Positions 1 through 9,194 of a stretch of 64,000 nucleotides of DNA are shown piece after piece. The stretch covers positions 54,139-118,138 of the forward strand of contig CAWDQS010000031.1 in NCBI GenBank assembly GCA_963804295.1. The letters run 5' to 3'. Below the pieces are notes generated by a model. That model saw only the letters and a program-made list of their open reading frames with translations, did not search any database and had not been told where the DNA came from. The DNA comes from an uncultured Acidobacteriaceae bacterium (GTDB lineage Bacteria > Acidobacteriota > Terriglobia > Terriglobales > Acidobacteriaceae). The position numbers and the translations under genes were made by a program. The first letter of the stretch is position 1. Each line of letters begins with the position of its first letter.

Positions 1-112
1 CTGTAGCAGGTTCATAACCCTTGTGCCGTTTAAGTTCGCTCATCGTCTCAGTTTGGTCCCCTATTCCCTGAGACATGTCTATGCTTTCCGTCTGAATTGT
101 AAGGAGTGGGAT

Positions 113-1135
113 GTGAGCCATGCCGATACATCGCCGGACGGGACCATAGACACCCGGAACGAAGGCCGCAAAGCTGCTCGATTTGCGGGCTGTTTTCTGC
201 TCGGTTTTGCTATCCTATGGGCTATCTTCTACGGCCTCTTCAGGGCCTTTCCATATCTTAGTAATGGCGCTGAGGTCATCTACAGATCAAAGCTTGACCA
301 GGAATTGCATGGTTCCATCTTTCCAGCGAACCCGGGCGCTCGCCGTGTCTTGATCTTCGGCAATAGCAGGGTGCTGGCGGGATTTGTCCCGGACATCTTC
401 GATCATCTGGCGGCCGCGGATGGATTGAATGTTACTTCCTATAACTCTGGATACCCGGCAAGAGCTACTTTTGTGCCTCAACTGAAGATAATGGTTGAGA
501 ACAAATCGAATGTTCCGGATATTCTGTTGCTGACGAATCCGTGGGAATCTACTCGCGCGAGCTTTAACATTTTCCACCCGCTGCCGGACGATCATGACAT
601 CGTGGATCGTCTTTTCCCGTTTAGATATCTGCTTCGCGACTCCCTCAGTTTTCTCATTACCTCAAGAGAACATGGCGGTGTTCTCAACTTCTATCGCGAG
701 TCGCATTTGAACAACACCAGAATGCTTCAGGACCGCGGCTACTACTTCATATCCGAACAAAGTCACTACCCGAACAACAGTTTGCCGGATAACTTCCATC
801 TAAGTTCCGACCGTCCGGATACAGTCGATTTACGCATTGCCGATGTCGACAGCAGGCAGTTATTGGAATTGAATGAGATTATCCGCAAGCATCATATCCA
901 ATGCTATTTTGTTCCCCATTATACGCGCGAAGGCTCGAAGGCGCCTGCGCCTGCCGTTGATGGTCCATTTGAAGCCATCCTTGAGCGCTACACTTCCTGC
1001 AAGATGCTCGGTCCCAATTACTATCTATATCCCAATCATCTGTTTTCCGACGTAGAGCACCTTAACCCCGAAGGCGCAAAAGCCTACACTGAGGCACTTT
1101 ATCGCCTTCTCGCCAAACCGGCGCTGGAGCGCTAA
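113..1135 (+). CDS. DUF1574/SGNH-like membrane-anchored protein, probable partner of the downstream MBOAT acyltransferase
   Basis: The frame is open to the window edge (track ORF 23..1135). The best start is GTG 113, six nt after AAGGAG (101-106). It has one N-terminal TM helix (FAGCFLLGFAILWAIFYGLF), a VLIFGNSRVLAGF block where SGNH proteins carry GDS, and a C-terminal HLNPEGAKAYTEALY. The stop lies 2 nt before the MBOAT start. Confidence 0.6.
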   Translation: MSHADTSPDGTIDTRNEGRKAARFAGCFLLGFAILWAIFYGLFRAFPYLSNGAEVIYRSKLDQELHGSIFPANPGARRVLIFGNSRVLAGFVPDIFDHLAAADGLNVTSYNSGYPARATFVPQLKIMVENKSNVPDILLLTNPWESTRASFNIFHPLPDDHDIVDRLFPFRYLLRDSLSFLITSREHGGVLNFYRESHLNNTRMLQDRGYYFISEQSHYPNNSLPDNFHLSSDRPDTVDLRIADVDSRQLLELNEIIRKHHIQCYFVPHYTREGSKAPAPAVDGPFEAILERYTSCKMLGPNYYLYPNHLFSDVEHLNPEGAKAYTEALYRLLAKPALER

Positions 1136-1137
1136 GG

Positions 1138-2583
1138 ATGCTTTTCAATACCTTCCAGTTTCTCGTTTTCTTTATCGTTGTCTGGATATTGTTCCTGACT
1201 TTGCGGGGCACTCCGCGCAAACTTCTCCTGCTCGCGGCCAGCTACTACTTCTATATGTGCTGGAACGCAAAGTACATTCTTGTGATCATCGGCATCACGC
1301 TTATCGACTATGTTGCCGGCCTCCTGATAGAAAAGAGCGAGCGGAAGAAATCCAGATTATTTTATTTGGGTTTCAGCCTGTTCTGCAATATAGGATTGCT
1401 AGCCGTTTTCAAATACTTCAATTTTCTAAGTTTGTCCGCCACTGGATTTCTCCATTCGCTCGGACTGGGGTTCAACGCGCCTCTGCTTAATGTACTCCTC
1501 CCGGTGGGGCTGTCTTTCCATACCTTCCAGGCAATGAGTTATACCATCGAAGTTTATAAACGGAAGGCGCCAGCGGAAAGAAGCCTACTCAACTATGCGC
1601 TTTATGTAGCATTCTTTCCCCAGATGGTCGCGGGGCCCATCGAAAGGCCAAATCAGTTATTGCCTCAGTTTCACCGCGACCCGCACCCCGGGTTCGAACG
1701 CATTCGTTCCGGCATTGAACACGCGCTCTGGGGCTTATTCAAAAAAATGGTGATTGCGGATGTGCTTTCTGGTTACGTAAACCTGATATACATAGCTCCA
1801 GAAAACTACTCAGGCGCTGACCTCACGTTGGCCACGTTGGCTTTTTCCTTGCAGATATATTGCGACTTCTCAGGATATTCCGATATCGCGCTCGGCGTTG
1901 CCCGAATCATGGGTTATGAACTGCGAGTGAATTTTGCCCAACCTTACTTCAGCCGCTCGATTGGTGAATTCTGGCATCGCTGGCACATTTCACTCTCTAC
2001 ATGGTTTCGCGACTATGTTTATATTCCTCTGGGCGGCAATCGTGTCAGGTTGCCGCGCTACTACCTCAATTTATTTATCACTTTCTTGATAAGCGGGCTT
2101 TGGCATGGCGCAAACTGGACATTTGTTGCGTGGGGCGCAATGCATGGCAGCTTCCTGATCTTTGCTCAACTCACCTCCGAGCTTCGCCTCAAAGCTCGCA
2201 AGCTGCTGCTACTCGACAGGGCGCCCTGGCTGTTGGCTGCCTTTCAGCGCCTGGCAACATTCACTCTAGTTACTCTCGCCTGGATCATGTTTCGCGCTCA
2301 GAATATCCGTTCCGCGATATACATCGCCACTCATCTTTTTCCTTGGAAGCATTTCAATTCGTACACTATGGCGATCGGGGGTATTCCGCGCGCCAATATT
2401 CCGTTTTTGCTCTTCTTCATCGTTACCATGTTTGTGGTTGAATGGTGGATCATGCATCCCCACAAGGCGCCGCGCTTCTGGTCATACCCGCCGGCACGGT
2501 GGTGCTTCTTCTATGCCTGCATCTACAGCATCGTGTTTTTCGGCTTGTTCGGCCACGTAGACTTTATCTATTTCCAGTTCTGA
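1138..2583 (+). CDS. MBOAT family membrane-bound O-acyltransferase (AlgI/DltB/PatA-like)
   Basis: Polytopic membrane protein carrying the MBOAT signature FWHRWHISLSTWFRDYVYIPLGGNR and a later WHG histidine. Its length (481 aa) is typical of the family. Confidence 0.9.
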   Translation: MLFNTFQFLVFFIVVWILFLTLRGTPRKLLLLAASYYFYMCWNAKYILVIIGITLIDYVAGLLIEKSERKKSRLFYLGFSLFCNIGLLAVFKYFNFLSLSATGFLHSLGLGFNAPLLNVLLPVGLSFHTFQAMSYTIEVYKRKAPAERSLLNYALYVAFFPQMVAGPIERPNQLLPQFHRDPHPGFERIRSGIEHALWGLFKKMVIADVLSGYVNLIYIAPENYSGADLTLATLAFSLQIYCDFSGYSDIALGVARIMGYELRVNFAQPYFSRSIGEFWHRWHISLSTWFRDYVYIPLGGNRVRLPRYYLNLFITFLISGLWHGANWTFVAWGAMHGSFLIFAQLTSELRLKARKLLLLDRAPWLLAAFQRLATFTLVTLAWIMFRAQNIRSAIYIATHLFPWKHFNSYTMAIGGIPRANIPFLLFFIVTMFVVEWWIMHPHKAPRFWSYPPARWCFFYACIYSIVFFGLFGHVDFIYFQF

Positions 2584-2611
2584 AGAGTTACTGAAGCTTA
2601 TGGGAGCTTTC

Positions 2612-3112
2612 ATGATTCGGCGCTGCGACGACCGCGATTTCGATTTGATTTGGACCATCATCAACGACGGCGCCCAAGCCTATAAGGGGATCATCCCCGC
2701 GGATCGCTGGACAGAACCGTATATGTCCCAGGAGAAACTGCGGCATGAAATCGACGATGGAGTTAACTTTTGGGGCTACGAGGAGGATGGAGCGCTGACA
2801 GGTGTCATGGGGCTGCAAAAGGTCATGGATGTGACCCTCATCCGCCACGCGTATGTTCTTACCAGCGGACAGAGGCGCGGAGTGGGAGGGAGCTTGCTCT
2901 CTCATTTACTCGAACTTGCAATCGGCCCAGTGTTGATCGGCACATGGGCGGATGCGGAGTGGGCGATTCACTTTTACGAAAAATCAGGATTCAAATTAGT
3001 CGGCACACAGGAGAAAGATTGGCTGCTCAAAATATATTGGAGCGTACCCCAACGCCAGATTGAATCCTCAGTAGTTCTGGCCGATCCAAAGTGGCATGGA
3101 TCGCAGCGATAA
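2612..3112 (+). CDS. GNAT family N-acetyltransferase
   Basis: It has an acetyl-CoA-binding-like motif (SGQRRGVGGSLLSHLLE) followed by FYEKSGF. ATG 2612 is preceded by GGGAG; ATG 2600 is an alternative start. Confidence 0.8.
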   Translation: MIRRCDDRDFDLIWTIINDGAQAYKGIIPADRWTEPYMSQEKLRHEIDDGVNFWGYEEDGALTGVMGLQKVMDVTLIRHAYVLTSGQRRGVGGSLLSHLLELAIGPVLIGTWADAEWAIHFYEKSGFKLVGTQEKDWLLKIYWSVPQRQIESSVVLADPKWHGSQR

Positions 3113-3155
3113 AAAAGGCCGCTAACTTGCTCTCTCAGAGATCCTGCAATCAGAC

Positions 3156-4232
3156 TCAGAACACCTTCATCCGAATCACCAAGTACTTCTTTGGATCCTC
3201 GCGGATGCCCTTCACCAGTTGCTGCGCCTGATCCAGCGTCTGGTCGGCATGGTCGTAGAGCGCGCGATTCTGCACCAATTGCCCCAGCGTGCCCTTGCCT
3301 TCATTCATGCCTTGAAGAATCAAGTCCAGCCGGTTGATGGTGTCATCCAGTTTTGCCGCGAAGGCCGGATCTTTGGCCATCAAGCCCAGAGCGCCTTTGC
3401 CGCCGTTGATCTCTGCCACCATCTGGTTGACATTGGCGACCGCGGCGTTCAGGTTGTTGTAGAGCGAGTCGTCTTTGAGCAGTTTGCCGGCTGTGCCCTT
3501 GCCCTCATCCAGCGCGGTGGTGATACGGTCCAGCCGGTCTACGGCCGAATTGGCGCGAGTGTAAAGCGTATCGTCTGTGATCAGCTTGCCCAGCGAGCCC
3601 TTGCCTCCGGCGATTGAGCCGGTAATGGTCTCCAGATCGGCAGCAACGGTTTTAACTTTCCCGGCCAGTTCGGGGTCGTTGACCAACTCGCCCACGGCGC
3701 CATGTCTGGAATTCAGCGTATCGATAAGGGTGTCAATCTTGAGCAGCATCCCGTGGATCTCCACGATGGAATCATTGCTGTTACGGACCACATCCTGGAT
3801 ACTGGGCGATCCGGAGGCCCTCAATTCGGCATCATTCTCCGGAGTGGGGCCGCTGGCGTGGGTAGATCTGATGTCGATGTAACTGTCGCCCAGCACTCCC
3901 GCCTGATTGATCGAGGTCGTCGAATCGGTGTGCAGGCCGCCCAGGTATTCGTGGGCCACACGCATGGTCACCTCCACCGGCGTGGGGTTGCGATCCGATA
4001 CCACGCGGACATGGATCACGTTTCCGATGGTCACGCCTTCCAGCGTTACCGGCGCGCCATCCTTCAGTCCGGCCGCATTCTGAAAGTAGCTGCGGAGCAC
4101 CAGTTTGCGCGCAAACAGTCCGCCACTCGAGCTGGACATCAGAAGAATAAGCACGATCAGCACGGCCGAGGCCATCAGGACCAGCGCACCCACTCTCAAT
4201 TGCGACCACTGAATCTCTTTGCGGCTTGGCAC
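3156..4232 (-). CDS. MlaD/MCE family protein
   Basis: N-terminal TM helix followed by an MCE core (YFQNAAGLKDGAPVTLEGVTIGNV). The C-terminus carries four GKGxLGxL...D..LY repeats. The start is set at GTG 4232, downstream of GAAGGGAG, which removes the overlap with acpS. Confidence 0.8.
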   Translation of the reverse strand: MPSRKEIQWSQLRVGALVLMASAVLIVLILLMSSSSGGLFARKLVLRSYFQNAAGLKDGAPVTLEGVTIGNVIHVRVVSDRNPTPVEVTMRVAHEYLGGLHTDSTTSINQAGVLGDSYIDIRSTHASGPTPENDAELRASGSPSIQDVVRNSNDSIVEIHGMLLKIDTLIDTLNSRHGAVGELVNDPELAGKVKTVAADLETITGSIAGGKGSLGKLITDDTLYTRANSAVDRLDRITTALDEGKGTAGKLLKDDSLYNNLNAAVANVNQMVAEINGGKGALGLMAKDPAFAAKLDDTINRLDLILQGMNEGKGTLGQLVQNRALYDHADQTLDQAQQLVKGIREDPKKYLVIRMKVF

Positions 4233-4293
4233 GGCACTCCCTTCTGTTGAAAAAGAGGCGGTTAATGCCTTGAGAATAGCAGATAAAACTCCG

Positions 4294-4677
4294 TCAGCGC
4301 CCGTTCTCCAGCACCACACTGGCCATGGCCAGCGCCTCTGTGTGCGTTATGGAAAGCGCCGCCCGGGCTGCCCCCAGGCGTGCTGCAAACTCGGCCGCGC
4401 GCCCGTGAAACTGGAGAGTAGGCCTTCCGCCGAGTTCGCGCGCGACCTCAATCTCCAGCCAGCTCACGCCATGGCTGATGCCGGTTCCCAACGCCTTGGC
4501 TCCGGCCTCCTTGGCGGCAAACCGCGCGGCAAAGCTCTCCGCGGATTTCCGCTTGCGCAGGCAATAATCCTGCTCAGCGGCGGTGAACACGCGGTCAAGA
4601 AACCGCTTCCCAAAGCGGTCCATGGACAGCTGAATGCGCCCTATCTCCACCAGATCGATTCCAGTACCGACAATCAT
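4294..4677 (-). CDS. acpS: holo-[acyl-carrier-protein] synthase
   Basis: The N-terminus MIVGTGIDLVEIGRI, the FTAAEQDYC and FAAKEA motifs, and the 127-aa length all match AcpS. Confidence 0.9.
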   Translation of the reverse strand: MIVGTGIDLVEIGRIQLSMDRFGKRFLDRVFTAAEQDYCLRKRKSAESFAARFAAKEAGAKALGTGISHGVSWLEIEVARELGGRPTLQFHGRAAEFAARLGAARAALSITHTEALAMASVVLENGR

Positions 4678-4895
4678 GCTGTCTATGAAGCTACATCATC
4701 TCCCGTTTGCCGTGCTGGCGCTCTCCTCGTGCGTGCTTCGTCGTGGTTCCTCGTTCTTCCGGCCTCCAATTACCTGCGCAATGTACTTGGGCATCGCCGC
4801 GAGCAGAGATGTCCCAAAGCCGGGCATCTTCCGTGCTACTCCGCAACAATCGTTATGCTGCGCTCCCCTGCTCCGATAAGGCGATTGTGAGACAA

Positions 4896-5291
4896 ATGCT
4901 GCCAACCCGCGACGCAGTACAAATGACGAGCATTCCCTGGGCCATGCAGATGAAGGCCATCTCCATCGAAGAGCCCTCGCGCCTGGTCCAGACCCTCACC
5001 GGCGCAATCCTGGGCTGTGGCGGATGGGTTCTCAGCCGTGGAGCAAGCGATACCGGCACCGTAAATATGTTGTTTGAATTCGAGCGCCAGGCCTGCGTCG
5101 ATATTTACAGCATCATGATCGCCGCCGGCTTGGAACTGAGCCAGAGCGGCCATATACGCTTTACCGAACTCTGCCAATGCACCCGCAGCCATCAGCAGGA
5201 GTGCGGTACGGAGATCGCCAGCGTTGACCTGGAAATCCAAACCTTTCCCGTCGATCTGATGCACCACGCAAGCGCCGATCAATTAGCCTGA
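4896..5291 (+). CDS. hypothetical protein (start uncertain)
   Basis: Third-codon positions in the plus frame are strongly G/C-biased, unlike the overlapping minus-strand ORF 4836..5282. I recognise no family. Candidate ATG starts are at 4896, 4923, 4944 and 4950. Confidence 0.4.
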   Translation: MLPTRDAVQMTSIPWAMQMKAISIEEPSRLVQTLTGAILGCGGWVLSRGASDTGTVNMLFEFERQACVDIYSIMIAAGLELSQSGHIRFTELCQCTRSHQQECGTEIASVDLEIQTFPVDLMHHASADQLA

Positions 5292-5314
5292 CCGTCGCCT
5301 GGCGTGCTCCGCTG

Positions 5315-5800
5315 CTATTTTTCTTTCATCGATTTAATTAAGAGCACGACTATCTTTTCGTATCGATCCACGGCGCTTGGATCCTTAGCACTCTTGATGA
5401 GTGCCGGATCGTCCAGTCCATTCTTTCGTAGTTCAGATTCTCTGTCGGAGGACTGTATCTCGTTCACAACATTCATCATTCCCTGTGCAAGATCCAATGG
5501 CATCCTGGCGGCTGTGGTCGCCTGTCCATCTTTGGTTCCAGCGTAGTTCGGGTCGGCACCGGCTTTGAGAAGAGCCTGAACCATCTCCACATTGCCGTTC
5601 ATGGCTGCGTAGTGCAGCGCGCTCCAGCCTTTCGGCGAAGTGCGGCTATTCGCGTCGGCGCCCTTTCCGATGAGCTGAATAGCTTCCGCGGTGTTGTCCG
5701 CCTTGACTGCCGTCATCAGTGATTCCGGACTGGGCTTGCAGCCGGTAGCGGAAAAAAGAGAAAGTGTGAGAACAAAAAGCAACAGCGACCTGCATCTCAT
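5315..5800 (-). CDS. ankyrin-repeat lipoprotein
   Basis: It has a signal peptide with a lipobox-like LFSATGC. Ankyrin repeat consensus is present (WSALHYAAMNGNVEMVQALLKAGADPN). Confidence 0.8.
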   Translation of the reverse strand: MRCRSLLLFVLTLSLFSATGCKPSPESLMTAVKADNTAEAIQLIGKGADANSRTSPKGWSALHYAAMNGNVEMVQALLKAGADPNYAGTKDGQATTAARMPLDLAQGMMNVVNEIQSSDRESELRKNGLDDPALIKSAKDPSAVDRYEKIVVLLIKSMKEK

Positions 5801-5948
5801 CGCAGTGTGTTTATCCTTTCAGGTGTTTGCCGATCCTGTTGTGCTTTTATCTCTTTTCGGAAGACAATGCTGTGGAATAATCCTTGGGAATTACCTGCAT
5901 TGAATACAGAATCGTTCTCCTGATTTTATCAAGCCGCTGTTAGCCGGG

Positions 5949-8240
5949 TCAACCGGCCTCCACTAAGCCATAGCGGCGCTGCCAGGCCTCTTTCAGCCGT
6001 GCCCACACGCGCGCCCGCTCAACTTCCGTCGCTTCGTTTTGGCTGCTGGGCGCATTGGCAAAGCGCCCCGCTTCCATCTTGGCCATCTCCAGCCATTTTC
6101 GGTCGCGCACCAAGTTGGCCACGCGAAAATCCGGCAGCCCTGCCTGACGTGTACCAAAAAACTCGCCCGGCCCTCGCTGCGTCAGATCCAATTCCGCCAG
6201 TTCAAACCCGTCTTGAGTGCGCACCATGGCATTCAGCCGCTCCTCGCCCAGCGAAGAAACACGCTCTCCGGTAATCAAAATGCAATAGCTCTTCGCCGCC
6301 CCGCGCCCCACGCGCCCGCGCAACTGGTGCAGCTGCGCCAGCCCAAACCGCTCCGCGTGCTCCACCACCATCACCGTCGCGTTGGGCACATCCACGCCCA
6401 CCTCGATCACCGTCGTCGCCACCAGTACGTCGATCTCGCCGCGCTGAAAGCGGCGCATGATGATCTCCTTCTCGTCGGCGTCCAGCCGACCGTGCAAGAG
6501 CCCCACGCGCAGTCCAGCCAGCGGCCCCAGCCGCAGCTTTTCATGCATCTCCACAGCCGACTTCAGCCCCGACTTCGCACCCGGATTGGCCTCCTGCGCG
6601 CTTTTCGCAAACAGCTCTCCGGTATTACCCTTTCTTACAGATTTACGGCTGGGTGGCCCAGGTCTCGATTTTGAGACCTGGGATGGAGTGATTTGTACTT
6701 CCTCAATCCCAGCCTCCGGATCATCCTGTGAGAAATCCAGCTCCGGCTGATCCTCCTTGGTACCCTCGATCACCGGGTAGACAATATAAGCCTGCCGCCC
6801 CTGCGCCACCTGCTTGCGCACAAAACCCCAAACTTCTTCAGACATTTCGCCGGGCACGCGCCGCGTAACGATGGGTGTGCGCCCCGGCGGCATCTCATCC
6901 AGCACGCTCACGTCCAGATCGCCGTACAAGCTCAGCGCCAGCGTCCGTGGAATCGGTGTGGCCGTCATCACCAGCACATCCGGCTCAGCCTGATTGGGCT
7001 TTTTCATCAGCTTGAACCGCTGCATCACCCCGAAGCGATGCTGTTCGTCAACCACCACCAGCCCCAGCCGGTCGAACTCCACCTTTTCCTCGATCAGCGC
7101 GTGCGTCCCGATCACCAGTTGCGCCTCGCCCCGGTTGATCTCGCCGCGTGTGCGGCGCTTGCGGTCTTCCGAGAGCGAACCGGTCAGCAGCACAATCCGG
7201 TACCTCCGGCTCGACCGCTCCAGCAGCTTGCGCATGGCCAGATAGTGCTGCGTGGCCAGTATCTCGGTGGGCGCCATCAACGCCGCCTGGTAGCCGTTTT
7301 CCATGGCCACCAGCATAGCCTGCAACGCGACGATCGTTTTACCCGAACCCACATCACCCTGCAGCAGCCGCCGCATCGGGCTTGGCGTCCGCATGTCGGC
7401 CACAATCTCCCCCAGCGTCCGCTTCTGCGCCGCCGTAGGATGAAACGGCAGCACCTCGCGAATCGCCTCGCGCACCTTATCGTTCGTTACAAAGCCGATC
7501 CCCGCGCGCTCCCGCATTTTCCGCCGCTTCAGTTCCAGGCCCAACTCCAGAAAGAACAGCTCCTCGTATATCAGCCGCCGGTGGGCCGGAGTAGCTGAGG
7601 CCTGCAACTGGACCAGACTCGTGCCTTCGGAGGGAAAATGCACCTCGCGCAATGCAGTTTCACGATCCGGCAGTTCCAGCCGCCCCAGCATTGCCACCGG
7701 AAGGCACTCCGGCACCGCGCCCCGCATCCCTTCCAGCAGGTGGAAGATCGTCTTCCGCTGCCAGCGCGAGGCCAGCCGCGCACCGCCCAGCGACTCGTAG
7801 ACCGGCGTAATCCGCCCCACCTCCAGCAGGCGCGTCTCCGCGTCGTCGCTGTCATCGGGCAGAAGCTCAAACTGCGGCTGAATCATCTTCAAATTTTGGC
7901 TACTCCGCGATGGCTCGACCCGTCCATATAACGCAACCGTCTGCCCGGCATGAAATCTGCCCTCCAGATAGCTGCCGTTGAACCAGATGCACTTCAGCGC
8001 CAGCCGTCCCTGCCCCACGGTCAGCTCGAAGATGGGCATTTTACGTGTACGTAAAAGGGCGGAGCCGCGCACTTCGGCAATGACAGAGGCCGTCTCGCCC
8101 GGCTGCAACTCGTCCAGAGAGCGCGGATTCTGCCGGTCCTCATAGCGGAAGGGAAGGTGGTAGAGCAGGTCCTCGGCGGTCTGAATCCCTTTGGCGGCGA
8201 GCATCTCCGCCACTTTGGGACCCACGCCCTTTACATACAT
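5949..8240 (-). CDS. recG: ATP-dependent DNA helicase RecG
   Basis: It carries the wedge/OB N-terminus (YVKGVGPKVAEML, LPFRYEDR), Walker A (GDVGSGKT), the DEQH box and the C-terminal TTVIEVGVDVPNA...QLHQLRGRVGRG. The track ORF runs to 8570 and overlaps the upstream gene. I trimmed it to ATG 8240; GTG 8258 is an alternative. Confidence 0.9.
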   Translation of the reverse strand: MYVKGVGPKVAEMLAAKGIQTAEDLLYHLPFRYEDRQNPRSLDELQPGETASVIAEVRGSALLRTRKMPIFELTVGQGRLALKCIWFNGSYLEGRFHAGQTVALYGRVEPSRSSQNLKMIQPQFELLPDDSDDAETRLLEVGRITPVYESLGGARLASRWQRKTIFHLLEGMRGAVPECLPVAMLGRLELPDRETALREVHFPSEGTSLVQLQASATPAHRRLIYEELFFLELGLELKRRKMRERAGIGFVTNDKVREAIREVLPFHPTAAQKRTLGEIVADMRTPSPMRRLLQGDVGSGKTIVALQAMLVAMENGYQAALMAPTEILATQHYLAMRKLLERSSRRYRIVLLTGSLSEDRKRRTRGEINRGEAQLVIGTHALIEEKVEFDRLGLVVVDEQHRFGVMQRFKLMKKPNQAEPDVLVMTATPIPRTLALSLYGDLDVSVLDEMPPGRTPIVTRRVPGEMSEEVWGFVRKQVAQGRQAYIVYPVIEGTKEDQPELDFSQDDPEAGIEEVQITPSQVSKSRPGPPSRKSVRKGNTGELFAKSAQEANPGAKSGLKSAVEMHEKLRLGPLAGLRVGLLHGRLDADEKEIIMRRFQRGEIDVLVATTVIEVGVDVPNATVMVVEHAERFGLAQLHQLRGRVGRGAAKSYCILITGERVSSLGEERLNAMVRTQDGFELAELDLTQRGPGEFFGTRQAGLPDFRVANLVRDRKWLEMAKMEAGRFANAPSSQNEATEVERARVWARLKEAWQRRYGLVEAG

Positions 8241-8316
8241 CACCGGAGTGTCGAGGTCAGCCACACTCCGGATGCTAAATGTTTTCAGTGAGTCAGCACC
8301 AGTGCTGCGATTGCGC

Positions 8317-8859
8317 CTATGCTTTACGCATTCTGATGAGACTGTATGTGTAGCAGAGCAAAACCGCCACGCTGATTGCAGTCGATTTGTACGGCTCCGG
8401 CACAAACAGGAAACACGAGTAACACAGAATCGAGCGCGCAATAGAGTGCTGTAATCCAACGGGATCATCCGCAGCCCAGCCGTATGGAATCCAGATGAGG
8501 CCCATGATAATCGCGCCGCCGAGAACAACCAGGCTGGCATTGTGCGTAAGAATTGTAGTGATAATGACAAAAGGCCAGAACGACAAGACCAGCCCCATCG
8601 ATTGGAAGAAGAGCTGGCCCACGGGATTGCTCGGACTTATTCTATTCGTCTTCCTACCCCTCAGGCGGTCAATCAGAAGGCCAAGAGGGAAAACCATCCC
8701 GCTTCCAAAGCCGACGATATTTTCCAATCGAATTGGAGTTACATAGAGCGCGGCCACCGCGACGAAGGCCCAGTAGATGATGCCGGCCATCGGCATCGAT
8801 TGGGTGCTGGTGGCAAGGAACTCGCCCCTGAGATCATTCAGTTTCGATGTCGAATCCAA
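8317..8859 (-). CDS. hypothetical polytopic membrane protein
   Basis: About five predicted TM helices. The TTG start at 8859 lies 10 nt after GGAGG. I recognise no family. Confidence 0.55.
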   Translation of the reverse strand: MDSTSKLNDLRGEFLATSTQSMPMAGIIYWAFVAVAALYVTPIRLENIVGFGSGMVFPLGLLIDRLRGRKTNRISPSNPVGQLFFQSMGLVLSFWPFVIITTILTHNASLVVLGGAIIMGLIWIPYGWAADDPVGLQHSIARSILCYSCFLFVPEPYKSTAISVAVLLCYTYSLIRMRKA

Positions 8860-9194
8860 TATTGTTCAACCTCCATTGTGCAGATTCTTGAGCAGACTGC
8901 TCCGATAAAATGTACGTGCCGCCAAGACGAAATGTTCCCCACTCCGGGCCTTTTCATCCAATACAATTCCGGCGGCTAAGCCGCCTTTCTCTGTCGGAGT
9001 AATCTTGAATTCATGTTAGATATTCATAATGCAGGAAGAATATACCTTGTTCTGGGTTAACCATGACTCCAGTTTGCCAGTTGTTGGCCAGACTTTCGGA
9101 ATCATTTTTCGCAGATTTTGCGGAGAATAGTCGCACTAATCTCCGCAAAACCTACTGAGATTAGCTCCTTTCCCGATTATTTTTCGCCCGGCAC

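Noticed and set aside
5949-8570. N-terminal extensions in the track ORFs for recG (to 8570), polA (from 14610), folC (to 42321), the OMP (from 48287), parA (from 28233), bcp (from 31973) and natA/natB.
   Set aside because: The extensions overlap upstream genes or lack family similarity. Internal starts with an RBS and canonical N-termini were used instead.
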